Positions 19,400 to 21,474 of a stretch of 21,474 nt of DNA are shown here, one piece after another. The notes under the pieces were generated by a model. That model did no database searches and was not told the DNA's origin. It was given only the letters and a program-made list of their open reading frames with translations. The stretch spans positions 1 through 21,474 of the forward strand of contig CBFFSA010000082.1 of the NCBI GenBank assembly GCA_965644495.1. The letters are read 5' to 3'. The DNA is from Perkinsela sp. CCAP 1560/9 (lineage: Eukaryota; Protista; Euglenozoa: Kinetoplastea). Within the stretch, counting starts at the first letter, position 1. Each line of letters begins with the position of its first letter. The position numbers and the translations under genes are program-made.

Positions 19400-19741
19400 A
19401 GAATCCGTAAAGATTACGAATTGGTTACGAATTTTCATTAACTGAAAGAAGAAATGATGTTTTATTTTATTATATTAAAGTTTAAACGTATGCGTCTGGC
19501 ATACTCCAAATTCCTACAAATGCACCACAAATATTTCCATCCACGTGTTTCATGCACTACGATAAATTACCAGGATTAAATGCTCAGCCAGCCGTAGCAA
19601 GCCACGGCTGGCACTTCACTTAGGACTGGAGTCGGAGACGCAGCGTGGCTAGGCCACACACTGACCAGCGGTCCCTACGAGAGGGGCAACCAATCCTCCG
19701 CGCGCCTTCAAAGAAGGTGGTACAAAACGTTTAATTTAAAG

Positions 19742-20319
19742 TTATTGAATTCCAGATGCCCTACGTTTCCTTTTTCGAGCCCACGTCCCGTCTTCTTTGT
19801 GGTTCTTTATAGCTTGGGCCCACCTATTTCTGTTCTGGGCCATCGTCTTCCACAGTTGTGGTGGTATTCCTGACCTTTCACACGCTTTTTCTACGGCTTG
19901 AACGTAAGGAGGATTTGTGCATGGTAAGCGGTGGTGCATTAGTATCCCGAATAGCGTCTTATTAGGGTGCCGATGTTCATCCATACGAGCTACGTGCCCT
20001 GCATAGCTGAGAATTCTTAGGTCATAAAGCAGTTGAGTAGGCTCCATGTCAGACATTCGCATCACCTCGGAGTTGCTGGTTCGTTTGCGTTCGGGGCAGG
20101 TATTTCCATCAATTGGGCTCCATGGAATCTTGAGTGCCCTCCGGATCATACTCAAGTAGTGGACATCTAGTGTACTTTGGAGTTTGGCGTCCAGCGCCCA
20201 GGACACACTTCCGTACATCAACCGTGGATAGACGTAAATCTTAAAGACAGTTGACTTCCGGTGCCTGGAGATGAGTTTGTTATTCCAAATCGATTTTAAC
20301 TCGTGTATTTTAGTCTGTG
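19742..20319 (-). pseudogene. 3' fragment of an RTE-clade LINE ORF (post-RT thumb and C-terminal region)
   Basis: The frame stays open upstream of the track ORF: LKSIWNNKLISRHRKSTVFKIYVYPRLMYGSVSW. Then LRILSYAGHVARMDEHRHP and WKTMAQNRNRW, all typical of RTE/BovB C-termini. Confidence 0.82.
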
Positions 20320-21010
20320 CAACAAGGTACCCCCTTGTTAGGGTCGCATAAATGTATTTTGCCCCCGACCGCTCTCAATTTCCGTTTTTGTGGATTCGAA
20401 TTGTTGCTTGGAAATGTTGATTTTGGTGATTGGGACCGTGGTGGTCAGGTCGGGAATGTACCTTGCCTCTGTAGATGGGGGCCCACACAGCTGTTCGTGT
20501 GGACTATTGTGTGTGTGTGTGTTGGAAGATTGAACTCCATGGATAAAGTTCTGCGTATGCTTGCCTTTTATTTGTGCGTGGTTTTAAATTTCTTTGGCAT
20601 TGGCAAATTTTGTTTTGTTTCTCTTTTCCACATGCCGTCCATTTTTGTGCGCTTGTGTTTGTGGAATGTTGTGCCCACTCCACTGCGCAGTGAGTGTTAC
20701 AAGGGCTGCCGCCCCCACACGCCCTTTGCTTCACGTTACGGTGGGTATGGCACTTTCGGTGCGTAGACCACTTTACGAAGCGATTGGGAGATGCACAAAC
20801 CCTCCATCACAACGGGGCGTTCGACGCCCCCCTCCCCTCGTGCAAATACGTAGAAATGACTGCACCTCGCCATTCCAGGCCCTGTGCTGACATGTTTGTT
20901 TATCATGCGCTCTTTGGCGCAGAGATAATCCTCTTAATGCGACGGCCGATATCATCGGCACATAATCCGCCCACAACGGATGTCGCCAAAGGGGGTTCGA
21001 CACGGACTCG

Positions 21011-21305
21011 GTCGGTATAGGGGGTCCAGGCAACTCGCCCTCTCTTTACGCAGCCGGAGGGGCGTACTGCAACCGACTCGGTCCCAGTCGGTAGAGGTGG
21101 TCCAGGCAACTCACCACCTCTTTACGCAGCCGGAGGGGCGTACTGCAACCGACTCGGTCCCAGTCGGTAGAGGTGGTCCAGGCAACTCACCACGTCTTTA
21201 CGCAGCCGGAGGGGCGTACTGCAACCGACTCGGTCCCAGTCGGTAGAGGTGGTCCAGGCAACTCACCACCTCTTTACGCAGCCGGAGGGGCGCACTGCAA
21301 CCGAC
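21011..21305. repeat. 76-bp tandem repeat, about 3.8 copies
   Basis: GGTCCAGGCAACTC recurs at 21023, 21099, 21175 and 21251. Confidence 0.95.
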
Positions 21306-21474
21306 CGCTGCCTCGCGATAATGCGAGGCAGAGTCACGCCCAGTGGTCCTCAAGGGAGGCCACCATGGCGCATAGCTCCCGGGAAGAGACAGGCGCGAGA
21401 AGAAGAAAGCCGGGGAGGGAAGAAAACTCACTCAAGGAGTGAGCCGGGGAGGGGTGAAAAGTCGGAAGTACGTC

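Noticed and set aside
20317-21020. Plus-strand ORFs of 98-149 aa
   Set aside because: Their composition reflects T/G-rich non-coding DNA and they show no domain signatures.
21011-21305. tRNA gene array or hammerhead ribozymes
   Set aside because: No GTTCRA T-loop or D-loop consensus, and no CTGANGA/GAAA core on either strand.

Overview
This is eukaryotic DNA, most likely euglenozoan (kinetoplastid- or diplonemid-like), judged from three copies of a spliced-leader (SL)-type sequence with the core ACAGTTTCTGTAC. The window is almost entirely a nest of retroelements with no ordinary host gene. In order: (1) a short SL-headed non-coding element (44-720); (2) two diverged, SL-headed, single-ORF CRE-clade (SLACS/CZAR/CRE-like) non-LTR retrotransposons in tandem, encoding zinc fingers, RT and a restriction-like endonuclease, the first intact and the second with one in-frame TAA; (3) a minus-strand tyrosine-recombinase retrotransposon in VIPER-like order gag / YR / RT-RNase H, preceded by a 127-bp tandem array and bracketed by a perfect 117-bp inverted repeat; (4) a 37-bp-stem hairpin and stacked poly(A) tails; (5) a third, distantly related, 5'-truncated CRE-like RT-REL ORF with a -1 frameshift; (6) an RTE-clade LINE 3' fragment; (7) a 76-bp structured tandem repeat. 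The most striking observation is that both full-length CRE-like ORFs begin with what reads as an Ataxin-2/Pbp1 LsmAD domain, apparently a host RNA-granule module fused to a retrotransposon protein. The SL at the first element's 5' junction also forms a 36-bp-arm snap-back palindrome. All domain calls are by-eye motif recognition; no database searches were run.
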